Assembly (NCBI GenBank): GCA_028826165.1
Contig: JAPDFW010000059.1
Span: forward strand, 248,001 to 312,000
Reading direction: 5' to 3'
Length of the DNA stretch: 64,000 nucleotides
Source: Anaeramoeba ignava BMAN
Lineage: Eukaryota; Protista; Anaeramoebae
Shown: positions 1 through 14,500 of the stretch, one piece after another
Layout of the letters: every line of letters begins with the position of its first letter
Position numbering within the stretch: position 1 is the first letter of the stretch
Position numbers and translations under genes: made by a program
Notes under the pieces: generated by a model
What the model was told of the DNA's origin: nothing
The model's database searches: none
Seen by the model: only the letters and a program-made list of their open reading frames with translations

Positions 1-1030
1 AAGATCTCTTTATAAAAATTAAAGCAAAATTCTTTTTAATTTGAATTAATCAATTTAAATTAAATAAAATAAGTTTAAATTGGATAATAATTTTAAATCA
101 ATTTATTTTAATATTTTATAATTAATTTATAATTAATTTATAATTATTCTTCTTTTTATTATTGATTTTTTTAATTAATAAGATCTCTTTATAAAAATTA
201 AAAGCAAAATTCTTTTTAATTTGAATTAATCAATTTAAATTAAATAAAATAGGTTTAAATTGGATAATAATTTTAAATAAATTTTCATATTTAATTTTAA
301 TTAATTTTTATTATTCTTCTTTTTAATTTATTTTTATTAATAAAATTTAATTTTTTATTTCTTTTTAATTTGAATTCTTTTAAATTTTAGTTTATTTATT
401 TTTCAATTTATTTTAATATTTTTATTTAATTTATAATTAAAAATTATTTTTTATTTTTATCTCTTTTAAAAATTAAAAACCAAAAATCAATTTTTAAATT
501 TTAAATAAAATAAGTTTAAATTGGATAATAATTTTAAAATCAATTTATTATTTTTAATATTTTTTAATAATTAATTTATTATTTATTTTTATTATTAAGA
601 TCTCTTCTTCTTTTTTTATTATTGATTTTTAATTAATAAAAGATCTCTTTTAAAAATAAAGCAAAATTCTTTTTAAATTTGAAAATAAATAAAAAAAGTT
701 TTAAATTGGATAATAATTTTAAATCAATTTATTTTATTATTTTATAATTAATTTATAATTAATTTATAATTGCTCTTCTTTTTATTATTTATTTTTAATT
801 AATAAAATTTAATTGAAAAAAATTTTTTTTTCTTTTTAATTTGAATTAATCAATTTAAATTAAATAAAATAAGTTTAAATTGGATAATAATTTTAAATCA
901 ATTTATTTTAATATTTTATAATTAATTTATAATTAATTTATAATTGCTCTTCTTTTTATTATTTGATTTTTAATTATTAAGATTTAATTGAAAAAAATTT
1001 TTTTCTTTCTTTTTAAAATTAAAATAAATT
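1..1030. repeat. Degenerate ~180-bp AT-rich tandem repeat
   Basis: Anchor AGATCTCTTT..AAAGCAAAATTCTTTTTAATTTG..GTTTAAATTGGATAATAATTTTAAA recurs near 1, 181 and 641, with partial copies near 510 and 870; truncated at the window start. Confidence 0.8.
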
Positions 1031-2268
1031 AATTTAAATTGGATATATTTTTTCAATTAGAATATTTGAAATTAATTTTAATTTAAATGACTAATCATTA
1101 AAAATTATTAAGATTTTGAAAAATTTTTGTTTTTAAATTTAAATTTTTTGTATATTTTTTTTTTGACATAGTTTTGTTTTTGTTGTTTTTGTTTTTGTTT
1201 TTGTTTTTGTTTTTGTTTTTGTTTTTGTTTTTGATTTTGTTTCTGTTTTTGTTTAAAATTGATCAAATTCATCAATAAATTAAAAAGAAGAAAAATAAGA
1301 AGAGCAAAAAATTCAATTAGAAATCTTCTTTTTGGGTTATTTAATATTTAAACAATAAATAATTTTTTACTAAAATAGGATCACAAAAATCAAATAAATA
1401 TTTAAATATAAAAACAATTTTCAAGAAAAAGATAGATTAATTATTATTTTATTCAAGAATTTTGGAAAGCAAAAAAAAAAAGAATTTGATTTGCTTTTTT
1501 ACTTCTTTAAATTGAAAATATAACTGGCAATCTCATTTTAAATTTCTAAATAATAAAAGAAAATAAACTAAATTTTGAATATTGATCTTGTTTCCAATTT
1601 TGAATTTATTTAATCATAAAAATAATAAACAAACGGGGATAAAATAATTAAAAAAAAAAAAAAACTAATTATCAATAAATTAAATTTTAATAATTTGAAT
1701 CATTTTCAAAACTAATTTCTTTCCAAATAGTTTTATTGAAAAATATTTTAATTGGAAATTAACAATTCTATTTTAAGAATCATTTTAGAAATAATATTTT
1801 TAAACAAATTTAAAAAATTTTCCCTTTATTTAAAAAAAAATAGAATATAAAGTAAAAATAAATTAACTTCATAATATGAGTAATAAATAATTTTTTAATT
1901 AGAAACGTATCCATAAATAATTAGGAAATAAAAAGATGAATTGATTTTATTAATTAAATTATTAAATAAACTTTATTGATAACAGATAATTTTTTAAATA
2001 AAAAAATTTTTTTTTTTTCTCTTTTATTGTTTTGACTTGAAAAGATCAAATATAAAAAAAACCTTCATTTTAAATTTTTATTTTTATTTTTATTATTTTT
2101 ATTCTTTGAAAAAATTTTTTATTAATTTTTTTTTTGTTTTTTTTTTCTCCTTTGGTATCTCTACCAAAATAATTAACAATTATCATAAAAACTACAATAA
2201 CTTTTTTTTAAATAATAAATAAAACAATAATTTAAACAAAGTAAATACACTTCTTCTTTCGTAAAAAA

Positions 2269-4005
2269 ATGAAAAGACTTAATCAATTCTCTGTAATGAA
2301 TAAAAGTGAAAAAAATTTTGAAGATTCTGTATTAAAATCTACCGATGGAAAAACAATTCATCCGCGAACTCAGCATCAAAAACTCTCGAAAACGATTGAT
2401 TTACACCCTTCAATAGAACCAGCTCCAATATTTCTTCCAAGAGTACAAAAACAAACATTGCGAAAAAATGAACTTGAAATGAAAAAGGAAAATCAAGAAG
2501 TAAATCCAATTCAAAATCATGATCAGAATACATTTGAATCAAGACAAAGTGAACATAAAACCAGACAAGAAAAGGAAATTGAGTTTGAAAACTACGATCC
2601 AAATGTGAGACAAATAAGCTCGGAAAAGTTATATCAAAACAGGTTCAAACCAATTCAAAATGAAAAAGAGATGATTTTATTGAAACAGAAGGAAATTGCA
2701 AAAGAATTGAAACCAGAAGAAAAAAACCCCAATCCAGTTCAAACTCTTAGTAGTCCCACTTATCAAGAACCTCTTATCTTACCAACTTTTAGGGATAATA
2801 ATCATGATTTTCCTGCAATTTCTCACAAAACAGTAATTTAATATTTAAATATTAAAATATTAAATTCAATTAAATTCAATTAAATTCAATTAAATTCAAT
2901 TAAATTCAAATTTTCGCATTGTTTTCATTTTTGCTTTTTTTTTTTTAAATAAGAAAAAAAAAAATTTTTTTCCCTCTTTTTTAAAAATATTCTTCTTTTT
3001 TCTTTTATTAAATTTTTCTATTATTTTTTTATTTAGTTAAGTGATTTACTTCTTGGAAAAATACCTCATAAATTTGATTATGTTTTAATAATCGATTGTA
3101 GATATACTTATGAATACGATGGAGGGCATATAGTATCAGCTCACAACTGGAATGATCCTATAGAAATTCTTGATAATCTTTTTTGCAAAAGAACTTATCC
3201 AAATTCATGTGTAATTTTACACTGTGAATTTTCACAAGCAAGAGCTCCCAAACTATTTGAGTTTTTAAGAAACATAGATCGCAAACTTTCGCAAACAACT
3301 CGAAAACCATTGAAATATCCGCAAATGTATGTACTTTCAGGAGGATACCGAAGATTTTTCACATCCGATCCAAAAAATCAAGAACTTTGTGAACCGCGCA
3401 ATTATCGAGAAATGAAAGACAAGAACTACTCGTTTCAGAAAAAGGCAAACTATCGTTTAGCAGCCGAGAGGATGAAGCTCAAACAAAAACTGCCTCGGGA
3501 AATTACTCTTGATAATCTTCGAAATTTTTGCAATTCTAATAAAAAACCTTTTTTATCAAGAAGTTATTCACAACCAAATTTCACTCCCAATTTCTCTTTT
3601 AATTCCATTTCTGGAAATCACCACTCAAAAAGAACTCGCCAATATTCCTCCCTCTCACTTACACCAGACAATACTCCGAACGGCGAAGAGTTTTTCATTG
3701 GCAAAAGAACCAAATCATTTGAAAACTACGATTGGGATCTTTCAACTGGCACTTGTTCCCCCATTCATTCCCAAATTCCTCGCACTCCAGACCAACTACA
3801 GTCTCTTCCTGAAGTTGATTCTATCAAGATTCATATCGATGAATTTAATACTTTGAAATTTCTTGAGGAAAGCTGCGACTGTGATTCTTGTCCTTTATGC
3901 CAAACCAAATTCCCAAAATTTTCAGATGAAAAAAAAACTACAAAAAAAGAAGAACATGATTTAGCTCATTTAGATTTGAATTCAGAAAGAAAAAACAAGA
4001 ACTGA
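2269..4005 (+). CDS. CDC25: Cdc25 M-phase inducer phosphatase (rhodanese fold); exons 2269-2832, 3037-4005
   Basis: GT at 2833 and AG at 3035-3036 join in frame. The spliced product has IIDCRYTYEYDGGHI, the catalytic HCEFSQARAP (HCX5R) and YPQMYVLSGGYRRFF. Confidence 0.93.
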
Positions 4006-4233
4006 ATCATGATTTACTTCCTTTCCAAAATTACATTTACTTTACTCATTTAGATAATTATTTGATTCTTTTGTTTGTCTTGTTTAAAAGAAGATCTTAA
4101 GTTTTTTTTGCTTTGTTTTTTTTTTTTTGTTAGAACTTTTTTTTAAAAAAAAGAAGAAGAAGAAGAAGAATTAAATTGAAAAAAAAAATTATAATAAAAT
4201 AATAAAAAGGATAAATTTCCTTTTAATTTCCTT

Positions 4234-7200
4234 TTAATTTTCTTTTCTTTTTCTTTTTTGTTCCAATTCTTCTTCTTTTGAATTTGAATTTGAATTTGAA
4301 TTTGAAATTGAATTTGAAATTGAATTTGAAATTGAATTTGAATGTTTATCAAAAGAGGTTTTTCTTTTTTTATGAAATTTATAATAAACTCGAAAAAGAA
4401 ATGAATAATCCAAATTAACTAATTTTAAAGGTTCTTGAATTTTATGATAAAACTTATTAAAAGAAGGAATTGATGAAATTTGACCCAAATCTCCAAATCA
4501 TAATTAATTTGGATTTTGCTTTGCAAATGCTTGTGAAAATTTGACGATGAAAATAAAAAGGAATTTTTGCTTCGTTTGAATCAATAAAAAGAAAAACACA
4601 ATCAAAAGGATGAAACGAAGAAGAATCGATTGTGTGAATTGAAAAATCAAACACTTCTTCATCTTCAGTTTGAATTGAACTCAAATAATAATAATTTCTT
4701 GCTTGGCAAAAAATGTTTTGTTGTTCTGTTGTTGAAAAAATGAATCCAATTTGTTTGCTGGAGATTCCTGTTGAAATTAAATGAATTGAAAGTTCTATTG
4801 AAATCATGCATTGGATCATCTGGTTTGATTGATTCTTTTGGTTGATTATAAGAAGGGAAAGAATCCTCAATTTCAGGAAAATCATTGCTTTTTTTTGCAT
4901 TTTGAAGAAAATCTCTGTTCATACTAATAAAAATAACAGGGTTTTCAGGATTGATAATTTTGGATAAAACTTTCTGCTCCAAAAAATGTGAAATTTCCAA
5001 TTTTGGATTGTCATGCTTTTTTGGTTCATCTTGTGTGTTAGGTTTCAATACAGATTGTGAAATTTCTTGATCAAAACAAACCATTTGATTTTCATCATCA
5101 TTTAACGAATTTGCAAGATCCATAATTTCTTGGTTAACAACAAATTGTGATTTAAGTTGAATACTATTTCTTTTGACATTTTTTTCAAGAATTTCCAACA
5201 AACTAGGCGAATACATTTCAATTTCGCTGTTTGAATAAGAAGATAAAATCGATGGAGGGTTTTTGCTCGAATGACCCAAAAGAATAAATTTGTGAGCCAT
5301 TACTAAAGGCCCAAGTGAACTGGGCACATTCAATTCATTTGCATCATCAATAATGCAATAATCAAAACGAATTTCTTCTGTGACAAGCAATGAGTGATAA
5401 ATTTCTTTGACTGTAAGTGCAACAATTGGGAAATTTTGTATTTTTAATTGGAATTTCTTCAAATCTTCTTGAGAATTAATTTCTGTTTCTTCAAATTTAT
5501 AATTTAAATAATACTTTTCCATTTCTTCAGTTGAAGAACTCATTTTCACAAACGAAAGAATATCATTATGTGAGACTTGATCCTCAACAAATTTTCCAAG
5601 AATTCTTTTCAGTCCAAATTTACTGGATGAAACAACCAAAACAGTAGAATTGCGTTTCAGAATTTCTTGAGCAATATTTGCTGCCAGATGCGTTTTTCCA
5701 GTTCCAGGAAGACCTGAAATAATGATATAATTTGTTGATTGCAATTCATCCAAAATTAACTTTGCTTTTTCCACACTGTTTGCTGTTTGTGGAAGTGATA
5801 AAGGAATCCCAGAAATATCAGTCTGGTTATCTAAATTTCCGAGTAAATGCGGTGCGTCTTGGAACAATATCTGGCGAATTTTGTTGTTTTTAACCACAAA
5901 CTGGAAGATATTTGTTCTTTGGATTTTGTGATTCGAAATGGAAAAAGAAACATCGATCCGGAATGTTGGTTTGTTTTGTGTGTCATTTTCAACAGACAAA
6001 AGCAGAGGGATTTGATTCTCAGTTTCAATTTCCACCAAAGTGTTTGTAATTGAGATTATTCTTGCTTCGCAAATAATTTTTGGATGGATTGATTTTTTTG
6101 CGTTGATTTGAGGATTTGAAACTAAGGAAACAAGAGCAATATATGCTCCTTTAATAAATTTCTGTGGGATCCAATTTTGCGACAAACGTCTGAATTTATA
6201 ATTCCAAAATTCTTTAGTTTCGATGAAATTTTCATTTTCATTTTCATTTTCATTTTCATTGTTGTTTTGTATTTGATCAGATTCAATAAGTTCAAGATCT
6301 CCAATAGTCAAACCAAGACGAATGCGTTCTTCAAGAGGTTGTGTCCATATTTCTTGATTGAGCAAATAACTCTGTGTTGATTCCTTATCCAAAAAGAGAT
6401 TCCATATTTTCAAAAATTGCAAGTCTTGATTGGTTAAAAAATTTGTAGGATAGAATTTATCGTGATTTTTTTCTGTGCCGCTTTGCAAAAGATCATAAAT
6501 GGCACAAAAACGGGCAAATTGGCATTTAGCACATGATCTCGCAATTGATGTATCAATCTTTGGGAGTGTGTTTCTTATTCTATGCAAAGCAATTAAATTG
6601 CGACGAAATAGCAAGTCGCTAAAAATACTCTGATCGAACAAAACAGCGACTGTGTTGTCATAAATACTCTTTTTGAAATAATGCAAAATTCCATGATCAA
6701 CTTCAGAATTGTATTTTTCTGATAGCATTTTCAAATATAATTGCACTTGTTCAATTTGAGAATTTTGAACAGGCTTTTCTGAGTTTTTGTATTCAAGTGG
6801 CGTTATTTTTGGTTCAAGTAATTTTTTCTTTTTTTGTTGATCCAATTCTGGGTTTTGCATAATAATTTTCGGATCAACTTCTGAAAATGTTGATTTGACA
6901 ACACTATCAATTTTGCCAACAAATCCATATGATAAAGAGTTGATTTTTTCCTCCACACTAACTAAACTATCCACCTTCCAAAAAAACTCTTGCTGTTGTC
7001 TGCGGTATTTCATTCTTGCCACTTTTATTTTTCCGTAATTATCCATATATTTTTTTTTCCACTGCAAATAATTAAAAATGAATTTGTTGAGTTTTGTTTT
7101 CATTTGGGAAATTGTTTCTTCGGAAAGAAGAATATTGACTGATTTTTTTTGGATTTCTTCATCAAAAACATCGAAAAGAATTTGATTTGTTTGATTTGCG

Positions 7201-7634
7201 TTTTTTTGCGAATTTTGCGATGTTTTGAGAAGACAGTGCTCAAAAATTTCATGAGCAATTTCGCCTGTTTGCATGAGTTGGACTGCTTGAACTGAATGAA
7301 AAGGTATGAATACCGATGACAAAACAGACTTTCTTAAACACCAACTTCCAGAACAAATGTCTGTCATGTTAATGAATATTTCAGGATTGACAGAAATTGA
7401 GTTGGTTTCATTTGAAATTGTGATACTGTCTTCATTTTCTTTCATTTTACTTTTTTCATCAATTGTTATTTTTATATGATCTTCTTCTGAAATGTTTAAT
7501 TCTGTCCATTTTCCTTTTAGAATTATATTGAATTTTGTTTTACTATTTGGTGTTATTGTTTGAAGTATTTTTAATTGTTTGTATAGTGAAATTTTTTTCA
7601 CAATAAGAAATTCTTCTTCAATTTGTTTTAACAT
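4234..7634 (-). CDS. DNA2: Dna2 nuclease/helicase; helicase half degenerate, with two apparent +1 frame breaks (~4815, ~4495)
   Basis: Nuclease/Fe-S motifs: WCLRKSVL, GEIAHEIFE, EEKINSLSYGFVGKID, LEYK, QVQLY, CAKCQFARFC. Walker A GLPGTGKT. SF1 C-terminal motifs continue in ORFs 4457-4900 (IGFIF, IHTIDS, KAKSKLIMI) and 4234-4488. Confidence 0.88.
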
Positions 7635-7749
7635 TTTTTTTTTTTAAATGAAATGAAAAAATGAAAAAATGAAAAAATGATTTTGGATTGAATAGTTTTT
7701 TTTTTTTTTTTTTTTAAAAAAGAACAAAAAAAGAAATTTTGAATTAAAT

Positions 7750-8580
7750 TATTTTGATTTTTGAAATTTTTCATTTTGATTTTGATTTTAATTTTGATTT
7801 AGATTTTATTTAGATTTTAATTTTGATTTAAATTTTAATTTTGATTTTGATTTGATTTTAAATTTTGATTTTAATTTTCATTTTGATTTTGATTTTAATT
7901 TTTATTTTTATTTAATTTTGATTTTTTTGATTTTTTTGATTTTGATTTTGATTTGATTTTGATTTTGATTTTGATTTTGATTTTGATTTTGATTTGATTT
8001 TAATTTTGATTTTGATTTTCATTTTCATTTGAATTTTGATTTTGATTTTTGATTTTGATTTATATTTTGATTTTTTTCATTTTTCATTTTCATTTTCATT
8101 TTCATTTTGATTTTGATTTTAATTTTAATTTTGATTTTAATTTTGATTTTGATTTTGATTTTGATTTTGATTTTGATTTTCATTTTCATTTTCATTTTCA
8201 TTTTGATTTTGATTTTGATTTTCATTTTGATTTATATTTTAATTTTAATTTTAATTTTGATTTTGATTTATATTTTGATTTTGATTTTGATTTTGATTTT
8301 GATTTTGATTTAAATTATTATTTTGATTTTGATTTTAATTTTAATTTTGATTTTGATTTAAATTTTGATTTTCATTTTCATTTTCATTTTCATTTTCATT
8401 TAAATTTTGAATTTGAATTTGATTTGAATTTTCATTTTGATTTTGATTTTGATTTTGATTTTGATTTTGAATTATGATTTTAATTTTAATTTTGAATTTT
8501 GATTTGATTTTCATTTTCATTTTGATTTTAATTTTGATTTTAATTTAGATTTAGATTTTGATTTTAATTTTGATTTTAAT
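7750..8580. repeat. (GATTTT/CATTTT/AATTTT)n hexamer microsatellite, intergenic
   Basis: Directly visible; continuous with the QN-coding tail of the RasGAP gene. Confidence 0.95.
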
Positions 8581-11500
8581 TTTGATTTTGATTTTGATTT
8601 TGATTTAAATTATTATTTTCATTTTCATTTTGATTTAAATTTAAATTTTCATTCTCATTTAAATTTTCATTCTCATTTTGAATTTGATTTAAATTTTCAT
8701 TCGGACTTTTCAAAACTTTCTTTAATTCTTCAATCAAATCTAGATTTTTATTGGAAAATTCTTCTTCTGTTTTCCTTAAAATCTTTTCCAATAAAAAACC
8801 TCGAACTTGAGAAGTTGAAACAAGTTGATAAATATTCTCAATTGCAGACTCAATTTGAAGATCATTAACAGATAAAACTTCACGATTAAAATCCATGGAC
8901 TTATTTTCCCAATCAAATACATTAGAAGGGATATTCTCAATAGGATAATAAAGAGATAAACCAGAACAAACAACAACATTTTCAAACGAAGAAACTTCAT
9001 TTCTCTGAATTAAATCATAGGAAATAACAGTATAAAATTGATCTTTTTGGATTTGATCATCAGAAAAATTTGAAATAGCTTTAACAACAAAACAAGGTTG
9101 AGAAATTTTGTCCATAAAAGATTTAACATGAGGAAAATTGGAAACAATAAAATCATTGAAAACTCCAAAAGGAGAAGTTGGATTTGATTCGCATAAGTTG
9201 GCAATAGTTTGAATTATTTTGGAAATATTGACAAGTGCTCTTCGAACTTTTGATGATATAATTTCTCCATTTGGCGAAACATTAAACAGTTCTGGAGCAA
9301 CAAGAATAGGGCATATGAAACGCAAAAATACAAACCCAGCAACAGTAAGATATTGTGATTTTGGATATTTCTTGTGTGTTTCCTGCACTAGAATGTAACA
9401 TATTTGACGAAGAATTAAAGGAAATTTTGTCACCGATCCAAAAATTCGATTCAATAATTTTTGTGTAAATTGTTTGATACTATTTACTGATTTTTCACTA
9501 AATTTTGTTTCTCCTGAATTTTTTTCGCTATCAAGTGGATTTTTCTTTTTTTTAGAAACAAAAGTGATGATTTCTGAAATGAGATCTGTGAAGATGTAAG
9601 TGATGTAATTTTTGCCGAAACTTTTTGCCAAGAAAACCATCATTTTATTACAAAGACCGTTTCCTCTAAATAAAACCTTATCACTATCTGCTTTCCAAAT
9701 TTCGTATTTGATTCCAACGGTAATCATATCAAGAACACTATTCCGAGGTGTTGCGATTATAATTAGATTTTTACCAGCCATTTCGGCATCCAATAGATTG
9801 ATATGTCGGAATAGTAATTGAAGTAATTGATAATCCTTGAGAAAAAGTAAATCCACAAATTCTTCTCTTTGTAAATCTGATAAAGAAGGTTCGTCATCTT
9901 CATCAACACCTCCTCCATCAATATCACCATCAGTATTCCCGCCAAGTCTATTTATGCCATCGTTTCCTGTTTGTTCGTTTTGTGGTTCTGGTGTTTGTTT
10001 GTTTTCTTGAGATTTCCGTTTTTTTGTTTCATTAATATTTTCTTGTTTGTCAAGAAAAATTTTGGAAACGTCAGAAATGATTGCGGGTTGCACAATCTCA
10101 CAAAGAGACGAATCAAGATAAAATACAGCCCCATCCTTTTCGATTTTTATAAAGATTTGCTTCTCTGATTTCTTTGTTGCTGCGAGAATGTTGAAGAAAT
10201 CTTTATTGCTGAAAAATTGATTTTTTTGAGGAATTTTTGGAGATGTTTCCAAATTTCCATTTTGAGAATTTTCTCTCTTGAATTTGTGTTCGAATTCTTG
10301 TTCTGTATAAACACCCGGATTTTCGGGATTAATTTGATTGAATAAATACGCCCTTGGCTGCTTGTCATCGTTATTTTTAATGTGGAAACAAAGTAGTATT
10401 GTGATGATCCGCGTTCTCCATTGATGAAGTATTTGTGATTGTCGATGAGTCAATTCGAGTTCGTTTTCAATTTTCAAAATTTCTTCAAGATTGCTTTTGT
10501 TGTAAAGAAGAAGGAGATCATTCATTCCCTTTTCTTTTTTCTCAATCACAGAGATTTCGTGATCGATCCAATTTCGAAGAAATAATAAATTTTCGTAGTT
10601 TTCAGGTGTTTCTAGAACATTTGCAATGTTTATTCTTTTGAATTGAGTTTGATGTCTGCTTTGAAACGCGCTGAAAAGTTGAGAACGTGTTTTAAAAGTG
10701 TAAAACAAAGATCTTTTCCTTGATATTTGCGGATTCGCATCCTTTTCAATATCACCAAGTTGAAGATCCGATTGCAAATTGGATTGCATATTATTTTGCA
10801 GGTTGGGTTGTAATTGCGTTAATGTTGAAGTTTCAAGAAGCTGTTCGAGAAATTGCTCTTTGTCAATTTTCTCGATAAGTTCTTCTTCAATTTCAATTTT
10901 CGATAAAAAATGGAAAATATTGATAATTTTGAGCGCATCAGCCCAACTCTTCAAATAATTGCCTTGAGAAAACGAGAAATAAAAGGATTGATTGCGAACA
11001 ACAATGCGAAGAATATTGCTTTGATAAACAACGGGTAATGATGATATTTGGGGAATATTTGAGTCGTTTTTGTCAACAAGTTCGATTTTTGATGTTGATG
11101 TTAAAGAAACAATTTTCTGAAGTTTCTTCTTGTCAGTAGTTAATTTGCTAATGTTTAATCCATGAATACTCACAGTTGCAAATTTCCATTTTGCAGACAG
11201 TTTTGAAGAACTATGATAAAAAAGTGGTCCGCTTTTAAAAACTGGTGGTTCGTTTTGTTTATAAGTTGAATAAGCTATTGCGCTATTTTCATTTTTTTCT
11301 ACATTTGTATTACCAGTAATTTGTTCCGATTTTGTCATCAAACTTTGATTTGGATTTATTATCTTTGTTAAATTAGGTGATGTTTTTGCTGCTTCTGTTG
11401 TTTGATTAACAATATTTTCGATGTTTTGATTTAAATTTTGTTCTTGATTTTTTTTGTAACTTTTTTTTCGACTTGGAATATTTGAAATGAAGTAAACATC

Positions 11501-14500
11501 TTTTTTGCGAACTAATCCTGAAGTTATATTTTGTGAGTTTGATTTTAAGAGTTGAATTTCACCGATGAAATATTTGGAAGAGTTATTTGAGAGGATTTGA
11601 GGATTTTTGACAAGTAGCCAATCACCTTTATTGTATAATAAAAATGGAACATTTTGATTTTGATTTTGATTTTCAATTTGATTTTGATTTTGATTTTGAT
11701 TTTGATTTTGATTTAGATTTTGATTTAGATTTTGATTTTGATTTTGATTTTGATTTTGATTTTGATTTTGATTTTGATTTTGATTTTGATTTTGATTTTG
11801 ATTTTGATTTTGATTTTGATTTTGATTTTGATTTTGATTTTGATTTTGATTTTGATTTTGATTTTGATTTTGATTTTGATTTTGATTTTGATTTTGATTT
11901 TGATTTTGATTTTGATTTTGATTTTGATTTTGATTTTGATTTTGATTTTGATTTTCAATTTGATTTTGATTTTGATTGATTTGCTCATTCATCTTTTTAT
12001 GCTTCTCTTCATGCTTCTTTTTTGATCCCTTTTTCACAAATGCAATATATTGGTTCTCAAACTCCTTTTCAGAAAAAAGAACCTTGCACAAACGATTGAG
12101 AACACGACTTCTCCACTTTTCTAAATGAAGAATATGATTATTACAATTTTGGATGAATTTTGAGAAGGTATTAACAGTCATAGTATCTTCGTATTCATTA
12201 TATAACTGAATCAAATTTTCATGACTTGATTTTTCCTTTTTGTAAGTTTTTACTGAAGTCTCAATCCAATCATAAAGAGATCTAAGTTTGAAAATCTTCA
12301 TTTCCTTCTCCATTTTGATGTTTTCTTTTATAAAAATCAAGAAATTATTAAGAGCACCAAAAATCAAGATCCATTTATTAAATTCTGAATCTGAATCGGT
12401 TGATAAAATAACTTCATTCTTGCGGATCTGCAGAGAGATTGAGTGATATTTATCATTCTTTTTCTTCTCCGTTTTGACAGAAAAAAGTTCGCGAAGATCA
12501 TAAACATGGATGGGTGTTTGAGAGTAGTTTGATTTATATATAAGAAGAATCCAACTTGTTAAAGTGACCCATACTTTGGATGAACGTCTTGTCGGACTGA
12601 AAAGAAGAAAGCCCGATTCGGCTATTGGGAAGTTGTTACGATCAGCGAAAGAATGCTTCCATTTAGCCAAATAATCAAGAGCGAATTGGATCGCTTTTTT
12701 TCTTTCGAGAGTATTAAGACTAATTTCGCGGAAGATCTGAAAATATTTTGTTGAATTATCACTCACAGTATTGGAATATTGATTTGTGTTGTCACTTTCA
12801 CTCTCTGTTTCCTGTGCAATGATAAGGGTATCATGAGGCGGACGCATAGCTGCCTTTTCGTTATTGCGTCTGAGCTGTTGCGGCGAAAGTGGGAATTTTG
12901 ATTGTTGAGAAATTATTTTTTTTGGATCGCTCGGAAAACTGTTTCGTGACATTTTTGGATCGTTGGGTTTTCCTGAATCCTTGGATTGAGAGGTGATAAA
13001 CACATCGTTGTAATTTGCAAGAGGGATGATCTCAACAGCATGCTTTGGAACATCGAAGACTGTGCTTTTGATTTGGATTGTGATAAAATCTGATGTCGGA
13101 ATAGGCTCTCGTGAAAATTGATACCATTCATCCGCATTTAAATTGATTTTATTATATATAGGATTATTTGGGATTGTGAGAGTAAGCTGTGTGGGGATGT
13201 GGCATACATGGAGATTATCAAGTAAAGAGGTGAACTGGAGACGAGCCCAGATGCACATCAAAGAATCTCGTGTATTTTGAAGAAGAGACAATTGATAAAG
13301 TGTTATTGGAATCTGCATTTGCGTGAAATAAAAGGTTTCGTTTAAAGTCACGCGTTTATCTTGGAATGTTTGTCTCTCGTTCTTTTTCTGTTTTTTTGTT
13401 TTGCCTTTTGTTTTTGATGTGGATCTGCTTTGACCCGATGAATTAGACTTGGATGTTTTTTCTGGATGATTTTTGTTTTTTTGGAAAGAAAATAACCACT
13501 TGCGACTTTTGGATCGGGTTTCTGTTTGTATTGATTTGTGTATGCTTTGTGCTCTCGAATTTCTGCGTGTTTCGTTAAATAGTCTCAATAGAGAAATTCG
13601 GATGTAATCCTCCTCAAAATTGATTGCGTTTTTGATTTTGTATAATCCTAATAAAAATCGTTGCAAATTTTCCATCTTCTTGTCAATCCAATCGCGGATT
13701 TCCTTGATTTTCGTGATCCGATCCTTGATGTTTGACGAGATGTTTGTGATCGGGTTGCGGAAGCTTATCAGGTTCATGAGAAGCGAAAGAGTGGCAATCC
13801 AGTCTTCAACAAGCTCGTTTGATTTTGAGAAAAATTTAAACGATTTTTTAGAAGAAAGAATTTCGAAAAATGTTTTTTTTCGGCTTTTGCCGGCATCTAC
13901 AATTTGGGCCGCGAAAATATTTTTAACAGAAACAACGGCTTCGGGATGTTTATGACGCATTGAATAACTGAGAAGATAGCATGAGCTTAAGGCGAGACTT
14001 TTCGGTTTCCAATTTGAGGATTTTTTTCCGATCTGACAGAAAAAATCTGCTTTTTTTTCGATATTCATAAAATCAAGTGAACCAAATGATTTGTGTTTTC
14101 TTGAGAGTTTCAAAGCAGGTTCTATCAAGTACTCATCAGTGAAGGTATCTTGTCTATTAAGACGAGCGAGATTTTCGTTGTCATTCGCCTCTTCACCGAA
14201 GCTAATGTCCTCCATTTCATGGGAGATAAGGACGACGTTATCCTGGAGGAAGTAACCGGTTTTTCCGTCTAGAGACCCGAACCATCTATCGTCCTGCTTG
14301 GCATCGATCACAATCAAGATGTCGTATTTCTCGAGCTTGAGCTCGTCTTCCTCCTTGGGGTTGTAGTCTGTTATAACAAGTGCTTTTTGATTTGATGCTT
14401 GGAGATTGTGCCTGAAATGGATCAAATACAGTTTCGTAAGTAGCAGATTTTCCCACAAGCTGAGCCCGTGAAGTCGCTCAATGTTTTGCTCGTAAAGATA

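Noticed and set aside
1100-2222. Non-repetitive stretch and 61-aa ORF upstream of Cdc25 as a gene or pseudogene
   Set aside because: No coherent frame or motif; the ORF is T-tract-derived with a TTG start.
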